Positions 51,655 through 64,000 of a stretch of DNA of 64,000 bases are shown in pieces. Positions within the stretch are counted from its first letter, which is position 1. Every line of letters begins with the position of its first letter. Made by a program: the position numbers and the translations under genes. The notes beneath the pieces were generated by a model that was not told where the DNA came from, searched no databases, and saw only the letters and a program-made list of their open reading frames with translations. This stretch comes from the human T2T-CHM13v2.0 reference genome, Homo sapiens, in NCBI RefSeq assembly GCF_009914755.1, contig NC_060929.1, one strand, 5' to 3'.

Positions 51655-52850
51655 TAATTTTATCGTTCAAAAAATATCTGTTGATGACAACTATGTGCAG
51701 ACACAGCGCTAAGTGCTTGGGTAATTGTGATGAAAAAAATTTATCTGTTTTCATGAAGCTTAGTGTTTAGTGAGGTGGTAAAAATAATCAACTATTCACA
51801 CAAATTGTACATTGTGACAAGGGCTGGGAAGCAAAAAGACAGGATGCTCTGCAGGAGCAGGTGGATGGAAGGTTAAGGAAGGCATCTCTGATATTTATAT
51901 TGATACATAAAGAATGAATGGGTATTACTACAGCCAGTCAGAGAGCAGTGGACAGGGAGAACATTCTAGACCTAAGAAAGAGTATGTATACAAAAGGGTT
52001 CTGGAATGGTGCACTAGAGGAACTAAATCAGAAGCCTGAAGCATAGGTATTGGAAGAGAAATGGTATGAGATGGGGCTCTAAAGAAGGCAAATTCACATG
52101 GGACTTCTATTTTATCTTAAGTGCAATGTAAACGAGTACAAGATATTTTAAGGAAAAGAGAGAAATAAATTAACAGATAAATTAAAAATAAAAAATTAAT
52201 ATTAATGCACAAAAACACATAAAAATAGTTCTGACTTTATTGAAACTGGATTAGAGTGCTGAGATAATGCCTAGCACAATGCAAGTGCTTAATAAAGACT
52301 ACCCATTATTATTACTGTGATTAGTCATTAATTTATTCACCAACAAGGACATTACCTTTGATGCTGAGAATGCATTGTCTGGGGAGGAGAGAACATGAGA
52401 AGATAGGTAAATAGGCAATTACTATTCAGAATAATAATTCCTCAGCAGATAGGAGGAATACCCAGTTAGAGGATTATGGCAGTAATCTCAGAAAAAGATA
52501 CTGCTGACTCCTTGGTCAAGCAGTGTCTTGACCTTGGTGGGCCAAGGATTCAGTAGTATAAATGGAAAGAAGTGGAAATATTTGAGGTATATTTTTGTAG
52601 AAAGACTAAGCAGAGCTCAGGATGGATCATGTGTTTGGGCTAAAGAGGAAGGAGTGGTCGTGGGGGGCTCTGAGGTTTCTTCTGGGTAAAGACCTGGGTG
52701 AGTAGAGATATGTTTCCTGAGAAATAGAGTACAGAAGGAATAAATGCATTGAATAACTAAACACAAGAATGCATTGTTGAACGTTTCACATCCGAGTTGC
52801 ATATGGAAAATTCACTTGGACATTTCAAGTAGGTAGTTGTCTGTCTTAGA
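51655..52850 (-). mobile_element. Fragmented L2 (with a short MIR-like piece near 52260-52320)
   Basis: 'ctatgtgcagacacagcgctaagtgcttggg', 'ggacagggagaacattctagac', 'gaagtggaaatatttgaggtatattttt'. Confidence 0.6.
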
Positions 52851-53452
52851 GCTGTCTGCATGTACTTTATTAGAAACTACAATGGACACTTCGTAGGTGC
52901 CAATTGAATGGAAATTGTTATAAAGTGCTGCTTTCTGAAATGCTCTTCTTTATAAGATTATTATTGGGGTTATTATTATTAGCCCCTGAAATCTTGACAA
53001 AGAGTTATTTGCAGGGCATATATTGAATTTTCTATTTTCCAGTCCTTCCTCCCTTCTGAGGTTTTCTTTGATCCCCCAGGTAGTGCCCTGCCTCTTCTAA
53101 ATGACTGAAATGACTGCATAAAGAACATGGCTTCTATCTTTATTTGCTTGGTTTTTACTTACGTATTTTTTCCACCATGTAGCATTCAGCAGAAGAGAAT
53201 ACTTTTTTGTTTATAAATGTATTGTTTATAAGTATTTATTGTTTATAAATTTTGTTACTAAAAATTCTAATAATTTTATGATGGTAAATAATTGATACTT
53301 TAGACTCAATTTTTGAGATTTAAACTAGGAAAAGTAAATCCATGTTGGGGTTATTTTTCACATATCTTTTCCCTCATCAGAAAAAATACAAGCAAGTTAA
53401 CACAATTTTAACCCATCTGCTTGGTCAGTAGACAGTACTTGAAGAAAGCTTC

Positions 53453-53902
53453 TGTCGCAGGTAGCGGCTATCTGGGGCCAGTGGTGTCAGTGGTAAGTAG
53501 GATTTACTAAGACAGTTATAGGTAAAGAAAGGCAGGTTTATTAGGAAAAGTATGAAAATACATTACAAGGGTGCAATGGGCCAATCAGCAAGAGAAGAGC
53601 TGACTGCACGGAGACAAAGGCTTGCTGGGGATTTTATAAAATGGTGCTTATGCTGTGTGCTGACGAGGGCTTTGTGCAGTACTGATAACGCCAAGGCTGC
53701 AGTGAGCAGACATACATATATATATTTTTTTATCAGCCTAAGGTATGGTGATAGCTGGGAGCAGGAAGACTGTGAGTTATTTGCATGGGAGGGCTATGTG
53801 TCCTGGACCATGGAGAAAGGCAGACTTGTAGCTTATCTGCTTTCTCTCTGCTTTTTCCTGCTCCCACCCACTTGATTCCTTTTTCCTAATTAGGACTCCA
53901 CA
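53453..53902 (-). mobile_element. Solo ERV LTR (LTR47-like)
   Basis: TG...CA termini; reverse complement starts TGTGGAGTCCTAATTAGGAAAAAGG; minus-strand AATAAA near 53537-53542; family from recall. Confidence 0.7.
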
Positions 53903-54017
53903 TTTCCTATGTGTCTTAAGTTAAAGAAAGCTGGGAAAGTAAAATTACTTTGCTCTTAAATGAATATAAATGTAATGGCCAACTTTTGACAACTGGATTT
54001 TCAGCTAAGAGTCTGAA

Positions 54018-54856
54018 TGTGCTGAATATCTTAGCTTCTTCAGATCCACTCTCTTTTCTGTCCTGCTCTGTGTTCCAGGGGGCTGTAATCTAAAGGCTGG
54101 CCTCTTTGTCCCTGGCTTTCTTTTGTAATTGGCCAGTGGGGAACTCTGGCAGGGAACTGGAGGGTGAGGAGAGAGAGTTGTGGTATTTGTTGCCTCCATT
54201 TCCTCCCTGCCTGGGCACTGGCTGGTAGTGGCTGTGCTCCTCCACCAAATATCGGCTGCAGTAGAGTGGCCCTCTTCCACCAACCACAGACATCATCACA
54301 TTTCAGCTCCACTCCTCACCTCTTCAGGCTTCAAGGTGGCCATGGATCATTGCTGCTGACTCTGAGAAGCTGCCCCATCTTGCCTGTGAGGATGGTGTGG
54401 TGTGTCAGAACCCACTCCAGCACGGAGGCTCTTATTCCTCCAGCTGTGAAGAAAGTTGCCCTCAGTGAAGAGCCACTTTGGCCCATGTTTCCAGGGTCAG
54501 CAAGCATCCAGTGACTGGCCTATCTGGGGATGAATACAAAGGCTTGGCCTTTTGTCTAAAAAGGAATAATTTTCAAGGGCCATGCCAGCTTCAGAGCTCC
54601 CTGTGGGATAGCCTCACATCTTTGTTGTGATTGCAACGAGGTTCAGCTTCTACTTCTGCTCAATTTTGTTTCCCCCACCTTCACAAGTGTTAATACCATG
54701 GGCACTCCCCAAGAGACTTTCTACAAGAAAATTTCATCTCAGACTCTCTTTCCCCCAAGACACTACCCACATCTTTAATACATCTTTTCACTAAAACCTC
54801 TTTAATCACCCTCTTTGAGTATGCTATTTGCTTCTTGATGAGACACTGACAGATAT
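54018..54856 (+). mobile_element. LTR33/41-like ERVL LTR with nested LTR16A-like LTR (~54385-54765)
   Basis: 'cagatccactctc...ttggccagtgggga...ggagggtgaggagagag'; inner 'gcatccagtgactgg...gccagcttcagagctccctgtggg'; outer end 'ccctctttgagtatgctatttgcttcttg'. Confidence 0.65.
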
Positions 54857-55894
54857 ACTAATTGTTTTCAAATCAGGAACATCTTTGCTCCACGTAAACT
54901 TTCTTCCAGCAATTTTTTTGGAAGCAGTGGGAGAGAATTGTTACTCAGGGTTAATCTAGACCATCGAGGAAGAACTACCTAGTAAAGTAGAAGAGACAGA
55001 AACCTGAAGATAATGACCTGACCACCTTAAAATTTATACCATCATATATCATCATGATTCAACTATTTGGGCTACATAACAATAAATATAATTATAACAA
55101 TAACAATAATAAATTCTACATGTTTACTTAAAAGTAAGCAAAATTTATGCTTTGTCTTAATGGTCTTGACCGAGTCAATGTTGAATACATTATAAGCACA
55201 GTCTCAAATAAGAAAACAAATCAGGAAAAAAATTATTAAATAATTGTGTGGGATTATTGGATTCACAAAATAATAAGTTGATTGATCTTGTTTACACTTG
55301 AATTGGTTATGATACCAATTCAGCAATTATTTTTGTCCTATATAATAGCCAGCTATGTTCCATTATCTCCTGGGAAAACAGAAGAATGAGATTCAACTGC
55401 ACTAGCCAACTCTCCAGCCAATACAGGCAACGTTCTGTGATCTAGAAACATTGCTAAGAGTGTCCGCAAACTCTTTCCCTGGAAACCTCAGAAAACAGAC
55501 AAATGTCTGTCTGTCTTGGATGGCATAATTGCAGTGCTGTGCTGCTTGCAATGGGTCTGCTCTCAGTGACCTCACAGTCCCCATAGCCAGGACATGGTAA
55601 CTTCAGTATTTTGAAAGATTGAGAATCAGCATTCCTGTTTCTTAAGGGGGAAAAAAGGGGTCAATCAGAGACAAGGGTGGCTTGCTTAAACTGAGTCTAG
55701 TGTGGGAATGAGTTTCTGCCTTTCCCCAAATGGAATTGGTAGGATATTACGCTTCCTTTTTAGAAATCTAATAATCAGCATGTGAGCTTAGTGTCTTCAC
55801 TCCTCATCTATGTCTGTTACCAGACAGTTCATCTTTTAAGGTAAATGAAGTTGTTATTTTTTTAATGAGGCATTAGAGTGACCTTAATCCTTCT

Positions 55895-56185
55895 AGACAG
55901 ACATTCCCAGGATATTTTTAAGAGGTGGCCAGGGAAGGAGCGTGTGATTTTTGGCAGTCTGCTGACCTCAGCATGACCTGAATTAGAACGCCCCATGGAA
56001 ATGCTGTGGCCTCCCTGGACCTGGAGTTCAGCTGATGACTCACCAGGGGCCAGGCAAGCATGAGTCATTCCACATTGCAAATGGCACTGAATGAATGCCA
56101 GTCTCTGTTTCCTCTCTAGCCTTGTTCTAGTCAGTCTACAGAAACAGAACAGCAACCATTTGCTGGTCCCACTTACGTCTCAAAT
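55895..56185. promoter_or_regulatory. Candidate enhancer: Maf/AP-1/TEAD motif cluster
   Basis: TGCTGACCTCAGCA 55960-55973, TGACTCA 56036-56042, TGAGTCA 56061-56067, CATTCC at 55902 and 56066, in apparently unique DNA; motifs only, no functional data. Confidence 0.45.
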
Positions 56186-56759
56186 GAATCCCAGCAAATG
56201 ATGTGTCATTGAGGATAATACATGTTGCAGCTACATATATACCCTGAAAAATAACATTTAACTAAGCAAGAAGGAAAATATTTAGAATGGAATTCAAATA
56301 TACTAATTTGATTCTCTGTGTCCCATTTCTGATTTGAACAGAGCCGCCGATTGTTACCTGGTATGCAATTTTAGATCCCTGCATTCCTGTTGTTCCTAAC
56401 AACGGCTTGAAATTCCTTGCACCTTAAATGGTTTTCCTCCCTCCTTATCAGCAGTGAGAGTTGATAGTCTTCTACTCGTGTTCTGAAACCTTCTCTGCAA
56501 ATTGATTAGAAATAAGACGTACCCAATTAACAAGATTATGTGCATTGAAAGAAAAGCTATCCTTTTGATGATTTATGGGAAATGAGTGTGTGTGTGTATG
56601 GGGAGTACAACGAAAACAAGAAGAAACTAATCTCCGCATGAGATTTTGGATGTGCAGAAATCCATGTTGGAACTTGCTTGAGCCAGCCAAGTAAGGAACA
56701 AAGAGAAAAATATCTTATTTAATAGCTATCTTCCTGGTTTTCTCCCTTGCTTTTAAAAA

Positions 56760-57170
56760 GGTATATTGTTATATGAATTATAGGATAATACATGCTTATT
56801 GTAACAATTTCAGTCATGAGCAAGTAAAACTGGTCATTTCTTTTCCTCTGATGAATGTTCAGTTTGCTTTCGGTTTTCCCAATTACACACAGTGTTGCAA
56901 TCAATATTCTTTCACATGTATCTCTGTGTATTGGTGCTTTTATTTCTCTTGGCTAGCATCAGAATTCAAAAGGTTGCATATTTCTGACAGACTAGGTTCT
57001 CAAAAGGTTGTGGAAATTTATAATCCCATCTACAGTATTTAAGAATCCCAAATTCCTAATCTCACCAACTTTGAAAGCTATTAACCTTTCAAAATTGTTG
57101 TCCATTTGAATGGAAAAATGCTATTTTGGGGGTATTTAATTTGCAACTTCATTTATACTTACCATATCTA
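56760..57170 (-). mobile_element. Old L1ME 3' fragment
   Basis: 'caaaaggttgtggaaatttataatcccatctacagt', 'tttaatttgcaacttc'. Confidence 0.6.
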
Positions 57171-57610
57171 CTGCTTTTTTTTTTAATTTAAAAAAGGAAT
57201 GTGAAACACTGAAACAAACTCAAATATTATGGATGTCACTTAAGAATAAAGGAATGGCTTTTTTCTATTCACAGATTAGATGTGCAGGAGAAAAACAGTA
57301 ATATTAAACAAAGCAAAAGATAAGTAAAAACAGTATTTAGTTGGAGATAAATTAAGAAACTTCTTATTCATATCACAGTTGACATTGTTGTTAATTATTC
57401 TATGTGAATTGTGAACTTAATTTGGAAAATATGTACTGATATATTACATATTAAAAGCTTTGTTTTTGTTTTAAAATGTGCTGAATAAATTTTGTTAGTG
57501 AAATATATTAAGGTGAATACAGAAGAGCTTGTGCGTTCTTCCTTTTGTTTTAAAGTCATATTTCTTGGGTTCAGAGTGACACACAAAACAGAGGACTTCA
57601 GGTGCCTGAG

Positions 57611-57798
57611 GCAGTGGTTCTACATCTTGGCTACATGTTGGACTTGCCAGGAGTCACCTGGCAAGCTTTATTGGCTACTGATGCCTCCATCCCACACTCC
57701 AGAGCTTCGGATTTAATTAATCTGGGATGTAGCCTGATTAGGGGATTTTTAAAAGCTTCCAGGTGATTCTGATGTGCAGCCAAGGTTGAGATCCACTG
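57611..57798. mobile_element. MER5A
   Basis: 'cagtggttctac...ccaggtgattctgatgtgcagccaaggttgagatccactg' with both termini. Confidence 0.85.
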
Positions 57799-59689
57799 AT
57801 CTACAGGATATCTTTATTTCACCCTATTTCTTATCCTGCAAGAAATTAAGAAAATTGAACGAAGGAGATTTGCATTATTAATGAAGCATAATAAAATACA
57901 GCTTATGACAGAAAAAGCTACACAGCTTTTGCTACTTTCAGGGGACCAGTTTACCGATGCAAAAAACAAAAATCCTTCTCCCATAATGATGTCAACTCTC
58001 TTTCGCTCTCTCTTACACACACACAAACACTGTTTTCATTCTGATAGATCATAATGGCTTGTTTGTCTTGCCCTTGAGTTGCATAAGTTGATCTATGTAC
58101 CCAGGGAAAAGGTACTGACTTTCTATCTAAAGAGATACTGGGAAAATGTCTCAGCTAAAGGAAAAAAAAAAAAATAGCCACAGCAACACATCACTTTCTG
58201 CTATGGAACAATGTTACCCAGGCAGGCCAACCCTGATTTTCCTGCTTTCTGAAGTCCAGCCAACAGGGAAGTGCCCCAACTTCTTTTTGCCAGAAATCGT
58301 AGGGGCGATTTGATTCCAGTACGTGCTTTGAGCAGTGAAATGGGGTGCTGGTGTCCTCTAGAGCGGCAGCCTTCCAGTGTTTCATAAGCCATGAAAGTGC
58401 CTCCCCAAACTCAGAAACCTGTGTAGTTCCTGGGTCCTGGCCTATAGTTTTGTCTGTGTCCTCATTATCACAACACCAGCCCCTGTAAATCCCAGGGTGA
58501 GGAATGGGGCAAGAATAGGCGGTCGGCGACTGTGTGCCAATGGCAAGAAGTCAGAGGAAGGGAGGCTCCATCTACCTGTCAAGACCACTACCCCTGGGGC
58601 CTGTCACAGCTGACACCCATTCGTGTGTGTCTATTCAGTTAAAAGTAATAAATTTTATCTTGTTTAGGAGACAGGTGGTGGAGATTTTTACTTTTGTTTT
58701 TGGCAGTGAAGGCCTGTACTCTGGAGACTAGGGATTAGGTCATATACAAAATCTAGAACCAGATTGCTTTGTAGCCTTTCCCTTCTCTGTCCTTCTGAGG
58801 GCCATGCATCTGATAGGTAGGATCTTCTGGACTCCTAATCAGACAGCCTTCCCACCTCCTTGTCCCTGGTATCTCAGCCAAAGGCACACTTTAAAGATGG
58901 ACCATTCCCTCTGGAGTCCTAAGGTGAAATAAATATAAACCAGGAACCTTACTCTGCAGACTGCCCTCTGTCTTTGCTAATTGGGATAATATTACTCACA
59001 GTCCCTTTGTCTTGCACTCTCTGGAGAGGTAGGAGGTGAAAGCACTGTTATGTCTATCACTACTGGGCAACAGAAAGTGAACCACTTTAGCTATTCCAGT
59101 GCCTCAAACTGTTGGGAGAAAGATGATATAACAAATTTATTTGGAAAAACATATTCTTCCTATAATTTAGAAAGTCAAGTAAATGCATTTTCTTCATCAT
59201 TTTGTTACAGAAAGCTGTAGGATAGTTTTAAAGGATATCATTTTCTCGAGCTGTAGTTTCTGTCTGTTCTGTTGTGTTTTTGTGAATAATGAGGCACAGC
59301 TGAGGAGCAGGCCCCTTACACAGGCAAGTTAAGGTCAGCACCCCAGCCTTTTGTTCACTTTCCCAGTTGCTTTGTCCCTGGAGCTTCCCCTTCTGGGTTG
59401 AGATTGGCTATTTTTCTTGTTTGTGCTGTTTTTTTGTATTCTTTTTATCAAATTAAAATTGTTTTCTTTTTTACTTAAAAATTATTAATCAACTTGGCTT
59501 GCATCCAAGGAAGATAAGCAAGCCAGGATGAGTGTATATTCAAGTTTGGGGCCTGTAATTTTGTCTTCTATGCACACTGGGCTGAAATTTCACAGGAGGG
59601 ATGAGTCTTCCATATGCATGATTGTATAAATAGCATGGCTTTGTAATATGGGAGTGTAGTGGCCTTAAAATAGCTAAACTGGAATATGT

Positions 59690-59790
59690 AATGATAGTGC
59701 TAGTTTTTTAGCTTTATACATCTGTGTAGAGTGAACAACATCTTATTATGTGTATGTAATGTGTTAACAAAATGCCTAGCAGACAACGGT
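59690..59790 (+). mobile_element. MIR fragment
   Basis: 'atgtgtatgtaatgtgttaacaaaatgcctagcaga'. Confidence 0.45.
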
Positions 59791-62149
59791 TGGCTTTGCT
59801 TGGAGGAGAACGAGCCTATATGACAGAGACTTGGCACATTGGTATACAGAGGAGCAGAAATTAGATAAGAAGTCATAGTGCTGGGGAGGCAAGATAACAT
59901 CCTTCAAACAGTTCAGCCCGAAGCTGGCTGGACACGCCATAGAAAAGGGAGAAAATGAATCTGAAAGGCTACATGCCAGATGGCTAAAGTCTAAATAACA
60001 GTTTTCTACTGTCCAGGGCTATTCATTTGTTAGCCCTAGAAATTTATCTCTTAAAAACTTTTTATCCAGTTAACTTTTACTTGAGTTTAGTTTTTTTTTT
60101 TTTTTCTTTTTTTCTTTGGAGAGGATGGAGTCAAGTGACTTGCCAGCCATGAGACAGAGTGAGTGTGTTTGGATTGAATACAGAAGCCAGAGTCAACTTT
60201 TTTTTCTGTCTTTTTTAAATAACAGGATGGAGTTCCACTCCTGCTTGGAGTAGAAGGCCAGGCCAGGGATCTTTATGTTAACATGATTTCCTTAACCCTT
60301 TAAAGCTTTGAAGATAAAACTGAATCCATTGTTTGTGCACTATTTACTGATAGAATATCATGCTAAACTCTGTATAATGAGTAAGGTATCCATTTCTCAC
60401 TGTACTATTTTAATAAGTAATTCATTCACTTTTATTGGTAAGAGAGAGTCTTACCAATATTAAGACTCATGCCGTATTATCATTTTGACTGAAAGAGCCA
60501 AACTTTGTATCTTCCTTCCATATATACCATTGGCCACATCCTTTCCAAGATTCAAGGGCAACATCTCTAATTAAGATTTTAACCTTTAACCTAATCTTAA
60601 CACAGAAAGGAAGCAGAGTACCATAAGGCAGATGCCCCCTTAGTGTGGCAAATAGGACTTCATTCCCTACAGTCACAAGGTCAAGGGATAGTGATGTTGG
60701 TCCCTGATGACCCATGAAACCTCAAATTCTCCACTATGCCCTCGTTTTCTTGTACTGAGTCATGCCAATGGGAACAAGTGTGTAGACATTAGTAAAACTC
60801 ATAGACCCCCTCATGGTCTAGAGGACTTCTTAATTCAATGAATGGAAAATTAAGTTTAGATGAATAAAACCTAAGACTCACTGAATCTTAGAGGTGTCAT
60901 AAGAACAGGGGAAGAAGTAATTTCAGAGGGCCATGAATAATACTTGCATTTTAACAGGAAGTCCAATTGGATTCTGATATTTTCATGTGGAAATGTTTCT
61001 AAAGAACAGACTGTAAATAGAAAATACGTCAGCTTGTGAAAGAGAAACCCTGATTTTTGTTAAGAGAATGAACTAGGCCCTAGAAACTGCGACTTTAAGC
61101 TTTGGCAGGATAGAATGACCTATTTTTCATGGTTTTTATTAGGGAAAATTCCTCAGGAATTGTACAAGTATACTTTTGGGGAAAAATATTTTTGTGTTCT
61201 ACTTATCAGCCTCAATCAGAGGCTCAATGCTAAGGCAGTCCTCATTTGTATACTAAATCAAGAAAAACATAAGCACTAAACCCAAATTATTGTATTAACT
61301 TTTGAAAGGGATATAAAATATCATAAAATTTGTCCCAGGTTCTAATTGTGTTCAAGCATTTCTAGTGTATTTTAAATTATACATATTAAGTTTAAAAAAA
61401 ATTAAAACATTTAGCAAAAATGGCTATATTAACTTATTACAGGAGGAAATCGAGGTCTATTCCTCGTAACAGAGAAAACAAGCTAAAATTATAATTTTGA
61501 AATTCATACTTCCTATAATTTCAAATTGCTATTTTTACTTTCTGTTTATATTGTAGTGCTTGAATATTCATACTTCATAGGTCCTTAGTGTATTTCTTTT
61601 TCAGCTTCCTAAGTAAAAGGCACTGAGTAAGCTAAGGGGAGATTTAAATCTAAGGGAATAAAAACAGGCCTGACCTTCCATGGATCTAAGGAAAATGGGT
61701 ATACAAGGCACCAGCAGGGAAGGGTGAGTGATGCCCTTCACATTCCTGAGAATAATGACACATCTGAATGGAATGCAAATACTCCAGGTGAAGAGGCTGT
61801 TCAAGTAGTGACAGGATAATGCTCTCATCTGCACTTCCCATTTACCCTCATGATTACAATAACCCAATGGCAAAAGCCAGCTGGCTCATGTATCAGCCTA
61901 GATTTATTCTTGACTCCTTTTTTTCCTTACTGTAATATATGAAAAATGGTATAAAAATAGAGAACAGAGACCACAGTGACATCCCACCCAGAAGCTAATT
62001 TGTAAATTATCATATAGTTATTATATAAATTGAAAGTGGCCAGTTCTACAAACAGATGCAATTAAAAGGTGCCTATATGATTTAAGACAACAAAGGCTTC
62101 CCCCTCTTTCAACAACACTGTACTCTAAATATCTATTGTGTGGGCACAT

Positions 62150-62530
62150 GATCCAGCTAGACAATTACGGAGCTCCTGCACATTTCCATGGTGGTGGGTC
62201 TAGGAGTTGGTTTGTGACCAAGCATAGACAATAAAGTCTTCTTGATGTGTGGGCACTAGATGAGATCTTACTTCCGTTTGAATCGTGAGTCCGATGACAG
62301 ATTTGTGCTGCGAGTAATTATCTTTCCTGCTATATAGGGAAAGGCTATATGAAAATGAAGCCAAGACATGGGGATAAGCATGAAATTGAGAGAAAGAAAG
62401 TCTTGAGGGCAGAGCTCCTACATCTACATGCACCTTTGGATTCCCCAGTGACAGAAATGTTTTACCATTTTTTCCAAAAGCCAGTTTGAGTTAGATTTAT
62501 TTTGCTTGCGATTGAAAGGGTATTAAAAAC
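62150..62530 (+). mobile_element. Old MLT1-like LTR fragment
   Basis: 3' end 'aaagccagtttgagttagatttattttgcttgcgattgaaagg'. Confidence 0.45.
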
Positions 62531-62759
62531 TTTAAAAGAATTCAGTCAGTCGCTGATGCTCGGTAACTTCCCTTGACAAAGCTTTTCTTTACGTCTCTTG
62601 TATGCTTCCCAACCTGGGTACTCATGTAATATTGCAGATTTGGGATTGACAATAAAAAAAGATAAGATTAAAGATTTATATAAGTTATAGTTTTATTTAT
62701 AATTCAGCCTGAAATTGGTTGCACAAAGAGTAAATGCTTTAGGATTTTAGAGAGGGGTA

Positions 62760-63420
62760 GATAACTGGGAGCAAATGTAATTCAAAGAAGGCTTCATGCA
62801 GGAAGGAAACATGGACCTGTAATGAAGGGGAGGGGTTGAAGAATAGATGGTGAGGAAAGAGAAGAATATTGCAGGTGAGGAGAATAAGAGAAACAAAGGC
62901 ACAGAGATGGGAGTGAGTCCAATGGAAAATGCCCTGGATAGAAGGATGAGGTTGTAATTGGGCTGGTAGGGAGGCGTCATTATATGACAAACAGATTTGG
63001 AAACCAGGCAAAAGACTTGTGATGTGGTGTGGTAGGAAATAGCAGCCCTTGAAAGTTGTGACCTGATAAAAGGGGTGTTTCGCAAATATTAGTGCTGCTG
63101 TGATATGAGAGAATGGCATAAGAAAGTCTTGTTAGGAGGCTATTTTCAGCGGTGCTATTTGAGGGAACAATATGAAAACTTGGATTTAAATTGAGGCAGT
63201 GAGAATGAAGACAGAGGTGAGAGGGTATAAAGACATTTAAAATGAAAAATAAAAATCCATAGGATATGATTGGGAGGATGAAGTGTGCTTGGAGATGGTT
63301 GACTCAGAGTTTTACATTCTTGGCGTCAGGATATATTCCTACTAAGTTGTAGGTAAAAGATTGGAATTGGATTCTAGGATGTAGTGAAAATGGGACTGGG
63401 CTTATCAATTGGGAGGAACT
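62760..63420 (-). mobile_element. L2 fragment
   Basis: 'aagaaggcttcatgcaggaagg', 'ggaaaccaggcaaaagacttg', 'gaggcagtgagaatgaagacagagg'. Confidence 0.7.
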
Positions 63421-64000
63421 CCAAAGAGAAAATAGCAACCAGAGAAAGGATGATGAGAAGCAGAGAGGCCGAGAGAGGGAGAGAGACCCACATTCAAGCA
63501 ACATAGAAGCGGGCAGAGAGAGAGGCACAGGGCAAGGCAATGGCCAGAATTATGGGGCAGAAGAAGCAAGAAAAGTCAGAAAAGCAATAAAGAAGGAATG
63601 TTTAAAGAAATAGGATAGAGATCTACATACAATACTGTCATCTTTAAAGAAGTGGTCCCCAAACTTTCATCATTAGTATTTCCTATAGTAGTAAAAATGT
63701 TTTGAGCCTGCACCAAAGGTATTTATTTATTTTAAATCACTTACATTTGTATTCTACTTATTCCTGATTAAATAACATACAAAAATTTGAGTTAAGGAAG
63801 AAATTAAAACATTAAATAATACTTTTACAATTCTAAAGCAAACATTTCCCTCCCACTAAAATAATAATAGTAAGAATAATATTAATATTTTTAGTAAAAG
63901 CATTGCAGTTTAAATTTTTATAATAGAATTTTCAAAGATAAAAATAAATAGAGGTAATACTATAATTACCCTCCATGGAACCATCATCCAACTTTAAAAA

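Noticed and set aside
58345-58375. CTCF-like 'ggtgtcctctagagcggcagc'
   Set aside because: Needs an indel or several core mismatches to fit the motif

Overview
AT-rich, CpG-depleted primate (human-like: AluS/AluY, L1PA, THE1/MST, MADE1) non-coding DNA, intergenic or deep intronic. I can support no intact protein-coding gene, RNA gene, CpG island or CRISPR array. The only recognisable peptides in the ORF track are decayed transposon remnants (L1 ORF1/ORF2, ERVL pol, Tigger1 region, Alu/MaLR read-through). The window is mostly layered repeats: a near full-length minus-strand L1PB carrying four nested insertions, a near full-length Tigger1, a HAL1-like element, five Alus, many solo MaLR/ERVL LTRs, and MIR/L2/hAT fragments. 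The best observations are two separate L1 3' transductions bounded by target-site duplications (11.4-12.3 kb and 26.6-26.9 kb), a short insertion apparently templated from 840 bp away, a dense Maf/AP-1/TEAD motif cluster near 56 kb, and two hairpins (a miR-548-like MADE1 and an inverted duplication inside an L2). I found no evidence of a new biological system. Repeat subfamily names come from recalled consensus sequences, not a database search, and boundaries of old elements are approximate.
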